DNA of 20,000 nt, taken from the NCBI GenBank assembly GCA_046761065.1, contig JBHIFL010000001.1:72716-92715 (forward strand). Direction: 5' to 3'. Position 1 is the stretch's first letter. Every line of letters starts with the position of its first letter. A program made the translations under genes and the position numbers. The notes under the pieces were generated by a model that had not been told where the DNA came from, did not search any database, and was given only the letters and a program-made list of their open reading frames with translations. This DNA is from Candidatus Heimdallarchaeota archaeon. GTDB lineage: Archaea; Asgardarchaeota; Wukongarchaeia; Wukongarchaeales; JBHIFL01. Shown one piece after another: positions 1 to 9,350 of the stretch.

Positions 1-170
1 TATTTACTTTTCATCAAAGAAACTCTATCTCCTCTCACGTTCACATCAAACCTTCCCTTGAATGAAATGAGAAAAAGGGCCATAAGGTTCTTTTTCTACA
101 TTCCTTTACCTATATGGTTCGTTAGATCCCTCTTATAGGAGAAAGCGCATCATTCCTGAGTGGTGAAACA

Positions 171-971
171 TTATTTGTCAATTACAGCTTCCAATGTCGC
201 TCTGCAGGCATCATCCACACTACACAAGCGACTTAAGGCATCATCAAGACTTCCTCCTTTTTTCTGCCCCAATCTAACAAAGTCTATTATAATAAAACGG
301 TCTTCCCCTGTTTGTTGATTTTCGACTGATACAATGAGTTGGGGGCAGTAAAATACGCCCGCGTTGGTCACCTCTGTGAACAACGCGTTATCGGGTAACC
401 CTAATCGCATTAGAAAGGAAAATCTCACTCCGGAAATCTGGGCAAGCCGTCGAGTGAGTTGGTCTTCTCTGATTCGGGTAGCTTTTGATGTAGGCAAAAA
501 TAGACTCATGGTCTGCATTCTTCGGTGGATTTGGCGAAGTTCCTGCGCCATTTCTTGCCGTTCGATGTCGATTTCAGTACGATATTCAAGTAATTTGTCA
601 AAAATGGTGGGGATGTCTGCTGTTTCAACAGATCCCACCACTTCTTGGGATGGGTTATGATTTACCAACTCCAATTCATGGATATCCGGACGAAACAGAG
701 ATAAAAGATCATTCTCCTCCACCACGCAGGAGCTGAACATAGCGTTGAGAGCTGTCATTCCCGATCCGGTATTTTCTTGGTTAAAACTTGGATCATTCCC
801 TTCGTTGGTGAATTCATAGCGGATTTTATAATACGGCATCCAAATCTTTGTTTCCGAGCAAACAGTTTCTAGAATCCGTCTATGTATTAGACCTTTTCTT
901 GCGAGATTTTTGTTAATGGTTTTCTCAATTTCCATTCTTTCGATTGCAGGTATTTGAACTACCTTGATCAT
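171..971 (-). CDS. Hypothetical protein (266 aa), no family recognised
   Basis: Long ATG-initiated ORF with GGCGG about 9 nt upstream. The central segment is rich in charged residues (EIDIERQEMAQELRQIHRRMQ). I recognise no catalytic or family motif. The antisense ORF 364-660 is judged spurious. Confidence 0.55.
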   Translation of the reverse strand: MIKVVQIPAIERMEIEKTINKNLARKGLIHRRILETVCSETKIWMPYYKIRYEFTNEGNDPSFNQENTGSGMTALNAMFSSCVVEENDLLSLFRPDIHELELVNHNPSQEVVGSVETADIPTIFDKLLEYRTEIDIERQEMAQELRQIHRRMQTMSLFLPTSKATRIREDQLTRRLAQISGVRFSFLMRLGLPDNALFTEVTNAGVFYCPQLIVSVENQQTGEDRFIIIDFVRLGQKKGGSLDDALSRLCSVDDACRATLEAVIDK

Positions 972-1465
972 GGATTTTTCCGCCTTATTACACCAACTGT
1001 TAATCCAATTAGTAGACGTCTTATTTATATCTTAAGTTGTTGAAGAAAAAGGCAGTAATAGCTCCCTAGAGGACATATTTGTTGTTATTTACTACTGCAA
1101 TCCTGTACACATGTTTTATGGTTCTCTGTATACATTTCCTATGATATTGACTTACTGAAAATGAAAATTCAATGGTTTTTCCAGATTATAAGGAATGATA
1201 TTCTTGCGTGATCAATATGAATGTACCTTCGGACTCGATCTTGTGAAATTTAGATTATTAGGCATGAAGAAGCCGCTTTCCTCTTAGAAGCCAGAAAATG
1301 AGGGGAGAAGGAATTTACTACGAGGAGAACCAAAAGGTTATTTTAAATCCTATTAAGTGGAAAATTATAAAGATACACCAATGTATTTGGTCTTTGAACA
1401 TCCTATACTAAATGAAACAAATTCTCGACAGGTCAGAAGCGTAATATGCTTAATGAGGGGTTTTT

Positions 1466-2137
1466 GTGCAAAAAGAAACAATAAGTCTCATTGGTGGTAC
1501 AGGTCAACAAGGACCTGGAATCGCCGCTAGATTAGCATTAGGTGGAGTTAATGTTATAATAGGTAGCCGACAGGATGAGAAGGCCAAACGGGTGGCTAAT
1601 GAGCTCCGAGAAAAGCTCGGAGTGGACAACATAACTGGGGTGATTAATGCAGAGGCGGTTAAAAGCGCTGATGTTGTTTTTCTGACCATACCTTATGATT
1701 ATGTAGAGGCAACTCTGAAGAGGCTAGAGCCTGCGTTTAGAGAAGACGCCATTTTAGTTGACACAACCAATCCCTTAACCCGTGAGGGCAAACATTTTGT
1801 GTTAGCGGAACTCCCTAAAAGAAAGTCAGCTTCTGAAATAATTCAGCAGTTAGTTCCCCCTAATGTGACTGTTGTGGCTGCATTTAAAACAATAGGATTC
1901 GATCTTCTGATGCAGATAGATCAACAGATCAAGTGTGATGTGTTAATCTGTGGTGATAATTCTACTGCCAAAGAACGAGTGATCAGAATGATCAAACAGG
2001 CTCCAAACATGGGAGGCGTTGTAGATCTTGGGCCCTTACTTAATGCTCGATTTGTTGAAGGACTCGTTCCTCTAGCTGTTAATGTAAACCGGGTACGTGG
2101 TGTGAAAAGCACCTGTGTCAAGTTCTTCATTGGGTAG
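1466..2137 (+). CDS. npdG: F420-dependent NADP(H) oxidoreductase (Fno/NpdG family)
   Basis: N-terminal dinucleotide fold LIGGTGQQGPGIAARLALGG..IIGSRQDEKA. Also has LTIPYD, CGDN and DLGPLLNARFVEGLVPLAVNV, which line up with the A. fulgidus Fno sequence as I remember it. GTG start with GAGGGG 5 nt upstream. Confidence 0.78.
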   Translation: MQKETISLIGGTGQQGPGIAARLALGGVNVIIGSRQDEKAKRVANELREKLGVDNITGVINAEAVKSADVVFLTIPYDYVEATLKRLEPAFREDAILVDTTNPLTREGKHFVLAELPKRKSASEIIQQLVPPNVTVVAAFKTIGFDLLMQIDQQIKCDVLICGDNSTAKERVIRMIKQAPNMGGVVDLGPLLNARFVEGLVPLAVNVNRVRGVKSTCVKFFIG

Positions 2138-2374
2138 TCGTATGGTTGTTAACCCCACTTAAAAGGGATTCATTCACATTCTAAATGACTAACCAAACGT
2201 TTTTTACAGCCTATTCTTTCCTTTTTAAAAATCTTCAAGGGCTTTTTTGTGATTGGTATGTGAGGTTCAATAGGGAATAAGAGAAAAGATTGAGATAAAC
2301 CTTGTCAGTAGAAGTGTGGTGTGTTGTTTGATGGAAAAAGAGGGAGATGGGTTAGTTAGGTTAAAACCAACGAA

Positions 2375-3616
2375 CTAACCCTTTGGGTATGCTAAAACTT
2401 TGAGGTTAATCGGGAGTTTAGCCACTTCTCCAACTCGTGCGCCTACTAGATAGGTAATGTTGTGTTCTAAGGCCAAATCAACGAGCCTTTGGGTAACTAT
2501 GCCATCAAAAATTATGGCATAGATGGTTTTATTTTCCTTGATTTTGTTTAATTCTTCTGCTAATTTCCGTACAGGGACCTCTTTTATTAATCCCCCATTT
2601 TCATCCAGGAAGAATCCTTTCTGCGTTCCTTGGACGATCTCGATTTGTGGTTCAAACACTGTGGGGATTTTAGGCTCTCTTAGCATCGTTTCCGAACGCG
2701 ATTTCTCTTTCATCTCTTCTGGCTTTTCCGGAGTTTTCCCGGGCGGGATAGGTTCGACTTTTTGTTTTCCAGCTTTTTGGGATTCTCCAAGGAGCTGTTC
2801 GATCGGTACACGATTCCGTAATGCTTTTGTGATTTCCTTGCGGGTAAGATCTTCTACTTCACGACCAGAGGAGGCTCGCGCAACATAGTCGATATCAGCG
2901 ACTTGCGCTAGTTCTCGCAAGATCAGATCCCCTCCGCGATCCCCATCCAGAAATGCGGTCGCTTCCTTCTTTTTTGAGAGCTCTGTAATAACAGATGGGA
3001 TATTTGTCCCTTCAACAGCTACTACATTTTTATAACCATGTCTTAACAGATTGATTACATCTGCTCGGCCTTCAACGATTAAAATAGAATCACTTTCATC
3101 AACCGTTGGACCGGCAGGGACTTTACCTTTATACCGAACAATGGATTCAATTCGTGCGCTCTTCAGAACTTCATCAACGAGTTGAGAGCTCTCAGGAGAA
3201 ATATCTCCTTCCCATTTTCGTAAAATATTCGTAGCTCGCTGAATGATCTTCTTCCGCTTTGATTGGCGGACATCTTCGATCTTATCTAAGGTTAGTTTTG
3301 CCCCACAAGGACCAACACGATCGACTGTTTCTAAAGCGGCTGCGATGATAGCAGTTTCAATTCTATCTAAAGATGATGGGATTATAACGGTTCCAGTGGT
3401 CTTTCCACTCTGTGTGGTTGTATTCACAATGATTCGACCAATACGCCCTGTTCGTTGCATGTCTCGTAAATCCAATTCTTCACCTAGGAGCCCCTCAGTT
3501 TGACCAAAGACTGCACCGATTACATCGCTACGTTCGACGACTCCCGTTACCTCGAATTTACTATGAATCAGGTATTTTGTCGTTGAAACATCTGTAACAT
3601 TAGCATTATTCGTCAC
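2375..3616 (-). CDS. dnaG: Archaeal DnaG-type Toprim protein (primase-like, exosome-associated)
   Basis: N-terminus KYLIHSKFEVTGVVERSDVIGAVFGQTEGLLGEELDLRDMQRTGRIGRI is typical of archaeal DnaG. Toprim core ILIVEGRADVINL ... FLDGDRGGDLI. GTG start preceded by GGAGGT. Confidence 0.85.
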   Translation of the reverse strand: MTNNANVTDVSTTKYLIHSKFEVTGVVERSDVIGAVFGQTEGLLGEELDLRDMQRTGRIGRIIVNTTTQSGKTTGTVIIPSSLDRIETAIIAAALETVDRVGPCGAKLTLDKIEDVRQSKRKKIIQRATNILRKWEGDISPESSQLVDEVLKSARIESIVRYKGKVPAGPTVDESDSILIVEGRADVINLLRHGYKNVVAVEGTNIPSVITELSKKKEATAFLDGDRGGDLILRELAQVADIDYVARASSGREVEDLTRKEITKALRNRVPIEQLLGESQKAGKQKVEPIPPGKTPEKPEEMKEKSRSETMLREPKIPTVFEPQIEIVQGTQKGFFLDENGGLIKEVPVRKLAEELNKIKENKTIYAIIFDGIVTQRLVDLALEHNITYLVGARVGEVAKLPINLKVLAYPKG

Positions 3617-4005
3617 TAGACACTGACCTCCTTGTTATATTGTTCAATATAGCTAGTTCTTCATAGGATCGACAGATTCTTGATGTAGCTATTTGGTCCT
3701 AGAATTACTAGACACTTATCACTACTATTAATCTATTACTCCCGTTCTTCTTATCTATTTCTTTTTTGACCATTCTTGCTCCTTATCTCTTCGTATTTTT
3801 TTTATTTCCAATAAATAATCGTTTTAGACTAAAAAAAGTATATAAAACCCTTTTTTTTGCCAGACAGGGTGGGAAACAACCTTACTGTCCCAAACTAGTG
3901 CTTTAGATAATTTTATGAAAAATGATTTCTTAAAATGAATAATTATGGCTTTTCGATGAATATCTCTGGTTTTAACGAAAAAGAATAGGAGAAGAGTTAC
4001 TAACT

Positions 4006-5016
<1,011 letters not shown>

Positions 5017-5163
5017 TTAACCTCCATTTGTTTAAAAACATGCAGAGAAGATGTGCTTGTGATTTTAGGTAGTCTGCATGATTCGCCGACCATATTAGGG
5101 CTAAAAGGCTCTCTCCCCTTTAATTTTTTTCTTTGACCTACAGTTAATCAAAGTAAATTTATC

Positions 5164-5260
5164 ACCATTATGCGTTCTTGATAAAGATATTCTATCTCTA
5201 TGAACCTCTCAAGATATAATTTACCTAATAAACCATTATGCGTTTTTCGATCTTGAAAAG
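5164..5260. repeat. Imperfect direct repeat upstream of gap
   Basis: accattatgcgtt occurs at 5164-5176 and 5232-5244. Each copy is followed by cttga(t/a)aaag, with a 7-nt insertion in the second copy. Both lie 150-230 nt upstream of the gap start on the minus strand. Confidence 0.5.
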
Positions 5261-5326
5261 GGATGACTAACTCATTCTAAATCCCTCAAGAACTAGTTTT
5301 TGGGCTTTAAAATGTCGATAAAGAGA

Positions 5327-5347
5327 AAGGTGCTACTTAGCACCTTT
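5327..5347. terminator. Perfect stem-loop flanked by T/A runs, between the membrane-protein gene and the gap upstream region
   Basis: aaaggtgct-actt-agcaccttt is a 9-bp perfect stem with a 4-nt loop. On the minus strand it is followed by tttctcttt, about 170 nt downstream of the stop at 5515. Confidence 0.35.
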
Positions 5348-5514
5348 TGAAATTATTGTATGTGTTTAAGGTTGTAGGTATCTCGATCTCGTTAGAAATG
5401 TGAATGTTATTCTTTGAATGCCTTTAAACTCTTCAGACAACTGTGAATTTGGAATGGAATGTTTGATTTACGAATTACTTTTATTCTACTGTATTAAGGG
5501 TTTGGTTCGGCTCC

Positions 5515-6144
5515 TTAGGCTTGCGAGATATATTCAGACAACGTTTCAAAAGTTAATGGATTTCCAAGGATAATTAGGACGCCTTGAATGATGCAAAGGA
5601 GACCTAAGAAGGTTGCCACTGGTTGAAACCGCAGAATCATTGTGGTAGCTTTAGTTACGTCCTCAATAAACTTGAGGGCCAAGAATACTAACAGGAATAT
5701 AATAACCATGATTGCCCCTAGGATATATTTCATTTCAATCCCTAAAATGGTGCCAGTTACTCGATCTCCATAACGGAAGCAGATTAGTGCTGCAATACCT
5801 CCCCCTGCGACGAGACCTACCAGAGCAGCCCAAGGAATGTCCTTAAACGGTTCCATAAATAGTGCAAAGCCTACTATTATCAGAAGTGTGACTGTGAACC
5901 ACCCTTGATTTAAGTATTCGTTAGTTTTGAAGATCGCAGCTGCAGTTATTAAGCCTAAAGCGCCGAAAATCCAGCCCGCATGCTTTGCAATTGTAGAAAG
6001 TGCATCGGCAATATTATCGATAAACCCTGGGAAAACATGAAGTACGTTTGAGATGAACCATGCACCTGATATTATTCCAATAATGATTAAGACGATAGGC
6101 GAGAATTCTGCTAGGGTAGAAATATAAGTAGCAATATCCGCCAA
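5515..6144 (-). CDS. Polytopic integral membrane protein, unknown function (209 aa)
   Basis: Five or six hydrophobic segments, for example PIVLIIIGIISGAWFI, WIFGALGLITAAAIF and ILGAIMVIIFLLVFLAL. TTG start with AAGGAGG 8 nt upstream. TTTTTATAT TATA-like box on the minus strand near 6188-6197. Confidence 0.6.
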   Translation of the reverse strand: MADIATYISTLAEFSPIVLIIIGIISGAWFISNVLHVFPGFIDNIADALSTIAKHAGWIFGALGLITAAAIFKTNEYLNQGWFTVTLLIIVGFALFMEPFKDIPWAALVGLVAGGGIAALICFRYGDRVTGTILGIEMKYILGAIMVIIFLLVFLALKFIEDVTKATTMILRFQPVATFLGLLCIIQGVLIILGNPLTFETLSEYISQA

Positions 6145-6271
6145 TTTGTTGTCCTCCTTACTGTTTTACCCATTCTTACTTATACCGATATAAAAAGTAT
6201 CCTAATTAGGGTCTGGGAACTTATTATTAACAGAAGACGCAGACCACACAAGACTCATTCACTTGGAATGC

Positions 6272-6624
6272 GGGGGAGTGGGAGTTGGAATGATCTGTTG
6301 TCTAGGGCTGTTGTAGCTCGATACTAACTCTCAACTTCCTAGATGAGACGATCGCCTTTCTCAGTTGAGTTCTCCCGTATCGAGCTGCAGAAGACAGCCC
6401 CCAACAGCTTATATCTCCCGAAGGATGTGAAAAAGACGGGTTGACTCCACACTCATTGCTAGACGACCCGTCCACTCGCTTCAGTGAGAGCCCGTCCGCT
6501 TTTCCTAAGCATCTTGGTTGGACGTTAGTCTAACCAAGTTCACGAGTTTACCCCGTGACTCTAGGAAACCTCCTGATAGATTTATTTCTCTAGCACCAGG
6601 CAAATTACTAACTCCTTCTCCTCC
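6272..6624 (+). ncRNA. Candidate structured non-coding RNA (~350 nt), family not identified
   Basis: About 50% GC by hand count across 6241-6540, in an ORF-free 650-bp gap with AT-rich flanks. Closing stem 6272-6288/6608-6624 has 16 pairs of 17 positions. Hairpins: 6305-6400 (20 outer bp plus 7 inner bp), 6435-6472 (9 bp), 6475-6488 (5 bp, UUCA loop), 6513-6538 (11 bp, GUUA loop). The G.U pairs in these helices would be A.C mismatches on the minus strand. AT-rich TATA-like ttattattaa at 6221-6230 and T-tract ttttctt at 6637-6643. Confidence 0.45.
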
Positions 6625-6794
6625 ATCCTAATAAAATTTTCTTCTGATCCTCATGAGGGACGGATTTTCAGAATCTATTAGTGAGGTAAGCCGTTATTAT
6701 TCTTTAGATTCGCACTCATCCTTCAGTACACAAATCTCGCTAAGACTTAAATTAATATAGAGATTATTCATCCTTTTTGAATGATTGAAAAGCC

Positions 6795-7793
6795 TTAAAA
6801 ACAATGCGGGACTAGACGAAGGTCCGATTGATCGACTTGCATATCTGGCTCGTCTTCAAATCCAAGAAACTGATTGATCATTACAGCAGCATAATTTCCG
6901 GTTCCTACAGCCATTGCAACCTGTTGAGTAATGGCTCTAACATCTCCTGCGGCCCAAATACCCTCCACGTTAGTTTTACCGCGATGATCAGTTATAATGG
7001 AGCCAGACTCAGTCAAAGCCACGCCAAGTTGGGCAGCCAGTTCGGAACGTGGAACGGCCATATAAGATGCAAAAAAATGTTGACATTCAACCTGTTGCCC
7101 ATCAGTAGTGATAAGGATCTGCTGTTGGCCCGGGGTTTTAATTTCCACACGATCTATAACTCCAGACATCCATTCAAACTCAGATTGATCTAAAACTTGA
7201 CGATCTGCATCGGTGAATGGTATAGAACTATCTTCTGTCATAAAAATGCGGATTCGCTTGGCAAAACGTTGGATCGATCTAGCAACGTGCAAAGCACTTC
7301 GAACTGTCCCTACATTCACCACTAAAATGTCTTTCCCAGCTGTCTCGGGTGCTTCACAGTTTGCACAGTAGAAGCATATCGATTTCTTACCCGCGTATGG
7401 GAGCCATTTCCGCCAATCTCCTCCCACAAGTGGGTGTTTGCGGGCTACCCCGGTGGCGAACAATAGAGTTTTTCCCTGATACTCCTCTACACCTCGTTTT
7501 GATTCGGTCCAAACATAAAATTCGGGACATGTTCCTTCGATTCTAACAACATTAGCGAAACAATATATAGCTCCAAGTGCCTTCGTCTCCTCTTGGAACA
7601 TTTGGAGTAATTTACGTCCTTCGATCGCGCTTTGCCCACATAGATAGTTGTGAATTGGATTCGTGATAAAATACAACGGGGAGGATCTTCTATCAATCAC
7701 CAACACGCGACGACGATGGTATGCGAGGTGTTTGGCCGCAGTCAATCCCGCAGGTCCACCCCCTATAATTAATGTGTCATATTTATTGCTCAT
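6795..7793 (-). CDS. Thioredoxin-reductase-like FAD-dependent disulfide oxidoreductase lacking canonical NADPH-binding motifs
   Basis: FAD motif IIGGGPAGLTAA, redox-active C143-A-N-C146 at the position of TrxR CATC, and C-terminal GIWAAGDV. The position of GGGNSA/HRRxxxR reads VVNVGTVRSA ... FMTEDSS. Confidence 0.8.
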   Translation of the reverse strand: MSNKYDTLIIGGGPAGLTAAKHLAYHRRRVLVIDRRSSPLYFITNPIHNYLCGQSAIEGRKLLQMFQEETKALGAIYCFANVVRIEGTCPEFYVWTESKRGVEEYQGKTLLFATGVARKHPLVGGDWRKWLPYAGKKSICFYCANCEAPETAGKDILVVNVGTVRSALHVARSIQRFAKRIRIFMTEDSSIPFTDADRQVLDQSEFEWMSGVIDRVEIKTPGQQQILITTDGQQVECQHFFASYMAVPRSELAAQLGVALTESGSIITDHRGKTNVEGIWAAGDVRAITQQVAMAVGTGNYAAVMINQFLGFEDEPDMQVDQSDLRLVPHCF

Positions 7794-8086
7794 TGGAAAA
7801 TTCCTCTCAATTTTTTGTGTGGGAGAGACTTCATGGATGATACGATTAAAAAAGTCAAACCCTCTAAATATAATTGGATCGAGATAGTAGGTTAAGAGGC
7901 GTTAGTCTTCAGAATCGTTATTAATTTAAAGAAATCTAATTTCTAATATTGATACAATTCATACTAACCCCTTTCTCGGTCAAAGATCCTATAAAGTGAG
8001 ATACAACACCTTAAACCTTAATTCAATCCATTTTGTATTTGATTTACGAAAAATCCATTTTAATTCAATAATTTATAGGTGATAAT

Positions 8087-9166
8087 ATGAGTGTGAAAAT
8101 TGGGTCTATTGCTGGTATTGATATAAAAATTCATCAAACGTTTATTTTGTTTATCATTGGTCTACCTCTCCTAGTTCTGATTGTTCAAGGGCTCCAAGCT
8201 GCCTTTGATTTTGCAGTAACACTTGTTATTCTCTTTAGCTCAGTTCTTTTCCATGAAGTAGGTCATGCATTGATGGGACGAAAATTTCAAATTGAAACCA
8301 AAGACATTACACTCCTTCCTATCGGTGGGATGGCGGCAATGTATGAAATCCCCGAAGAACCAAAGAAAGAGGGACTTATTTCCATCGCTGGCCCATTTAT
8401 GAGTCTACTTCTAGCTGTCATTGCCTATGGCTTGACCCTCGTAATCAAAGTTGATCTTATCTATACCTTCCTCGAACAAGTCGTTATACTGAACTTATTA
8501 CTTTTTGGCTTCAACGCATTCGTTCCAGCTATCCCACTTGATGGAGGCCGAGTATTACGGGCAATCCTTGCTTCTAGAATGCCCCACCTCCGCGCCACCA
8601 TGCTTTCCGTCAGAATCTCCCACCTAATAGCCATGGGAATGGCTATTATTGGACTTGTTTTCATTCAGAACCTCTGGCTTCTAATCATCGCAGCATTCAT
8701 CTACGTAGGGGCAAATGCTGAAGGAGAACAAGCCACCCAACGGTATCTGCTCAAAGATATTAACGTGGGAGAAATTATGTCTTCCCCCGTTCTAGCAGTT
8801 CCCACTTCCATGACCTGTGACGACTTGCTCGAATTCATGCGAAAACAGGGGCACTTGCGTTTTCCTGTAACTGATGAACAAGGGAAATACGTTGGGATGG
8901 TTTCACTCCGGGATATAAGTCAATTCGGTCCGAATCGACGGTGTGATGTTTTGGTAGGGGACATCATGCGTAAGAATATCGTTACTGTTGACCCAGTGAC
9001 TCCCGTCTCTCAGGCTATTAAAAAAATGCAAGAAAACGATATCGGAAGTCTATTGGTGGCACAGTCTGATGAACCAGATACAATTCTCGGGATTGTAACA
9101 AGAACTGATGTTATGATCACCCTTGGAATTGAAACGGTTCGCAAAGGCATCCCAAGTGCAGCTTGA
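8087..9166 (+). CDS. Site-2 protease family (peptidase M50) zinc metalloprotease with C-terminal CBS-domain pair
   Basis: HEVGHAL (HExxH) in a transmembrane segment. NAFVPAIPLDGG (NxxPxxxLDG). Several transmembrane helices. Two CBS-like repeats in the C-terminal ~130 aa (IMSSPVLAV..., IMRKNIVTV...GIVTRTDV). Confidence 0.85.
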   Translation: MSVKIGSIAGIDIKIHQTFILFIIGLPLLVLIVQGLQAAFDFAVTLVILFSSVLFHEVGHALMGRKFQIETKDITLLPIGGMAAMYEIPEEPKKEGLISIAGPFMSLLLAVIAYGLTLVIKVDLIYTFLEQVVILNLLLFGFNAFVPAIPLDGGRVLRAILASRMPHLRATMLSVRISHLIAMGMAIIGLVFIQNLWLLIIAAFIYVGANAEGEQATQRYLLKDINVGEIMSSPVLAVPTSMTCDDLLEFMRKQGHLRFPVTDEQGKYVGMVSLRDISQFGPNRRCDVLVGDIMRKNIVTVDPVTPVSQAIKKMQENDIGSLLVAQSDEPDTILGIVTRTDVMITLGIETVRKGIPSAA

Positions 9167-9350
9167 AACTGACATACTAGTATAGTATATAGTATAAGGC
9201 CGATCTAGACAACTTCTCGAAAATCTTCTTCATGATGATTCAAAACTTCAAACAGCACACATCGATAGTCGAGGAAGAGCAATTCTCAATACTATTGCGA
9301 TATATTCTCTTTTTCGCTCGTTTTTAGAGGATACAGAAGGCAAAAGCTTC

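Noticed and set aside
364-660. Antisense or overlapping ORFs nested in confident genes: 364-660, 1504-1689, 1921-2130, 2523-2888, 3243-3503, 4730-4948, 6828-7193, 7349-7546, 7487-7696, 8461-8664, 9899-10159, 9931-10137, 9969-10151, 10180-10566, 11251-11481, 11474-11746, 13084-13416, 13781-14077, 14272-14535, 14767-14994, 16484-16759, 17208-17486, 17411-17683, 18477-18791, 18784-19041, 19491-19745
   Set aside because: Each overlaps a CDS with strong family motifs on the other strand or in another frame. Their translations are Ser/Arg/Cys-rich and low-complexity, with no motifs.
1298-1411. Small ORFs in long spacers: 37 aa at 1298-1411 (+) and a basic 32-aa ORF at 15671-15769 (+)
   Set aside because: No Shine-Dalgarno site at proper spacing and no recognisable motif. 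ORFs of this size are expected by chance in ~500-bp spacers.
3615-3716. 10-nt direct repeat actagacact at 3615-3624 (overlapping the dnaG start codon) and 3707-3716
   Set aside because: It is a single 10-mer pair in a ~400-bp spacer and is only marginally beyond chance expectation. It has no further structure or symmetry.
6272-6624. Naming the GC-island RNA as RNase P RNA or SRP RNA
   Set aside because: Only weak look-alikes were found. One is the minus-strand AGGAAAAGCGGACGGGCTC versus CR-I GAGGAAAGUCCGGGC. The other is the plus-strand TAGCACCAGGCA versus SRP AGCAGCCAAGGCA. The other universal motifs are absent, and the G.U pattern contradicts the minus strand. The family is left unassigned.
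7663-7887. 74-aa plus-strand ORF across the TrxR-like start and promoter region, and the 64-aa ORF at 18052-18246
   Set aside because: The first overlaps the 5' end of a confident gene and then runs into AT-rich spacer. The second sits in a promoter or terminator spacer and overlaps the proS stop. Neither has a Shine-Dalgarno site or motifs.
8019-8070. Repeated modules ttaattcaat (8019, 8061) and aatccatttt (8025, 8052) upstream of the S2P gene
   Set aside because: These are short and very AT-rich, in an AT-rich promoter region, so chance recurrence or ordinary TATA/BRE-like sequence is a sufficient explanation. I recorded them but do not consider them a supported element.
9190-9200. agtata-type micro-repeat (ctagtatagtatatagtataagg) just after the S2P stop
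   Set aside because: This is a short low-complexity tandem run in a convergent terminator region. It is not a CRISPR array or a structured repeat.
9232-9238. C-box-like ATGATGA in the S2P/PPAT spacer, and a second one at 18175-18181, considered as C/D box sRNAs
   Set aside because: No CTGA D or D' box at the expected 10-12 nt or ~50-60 nt spacing. No terminal stem. The second site overlaps the proS 3' end.
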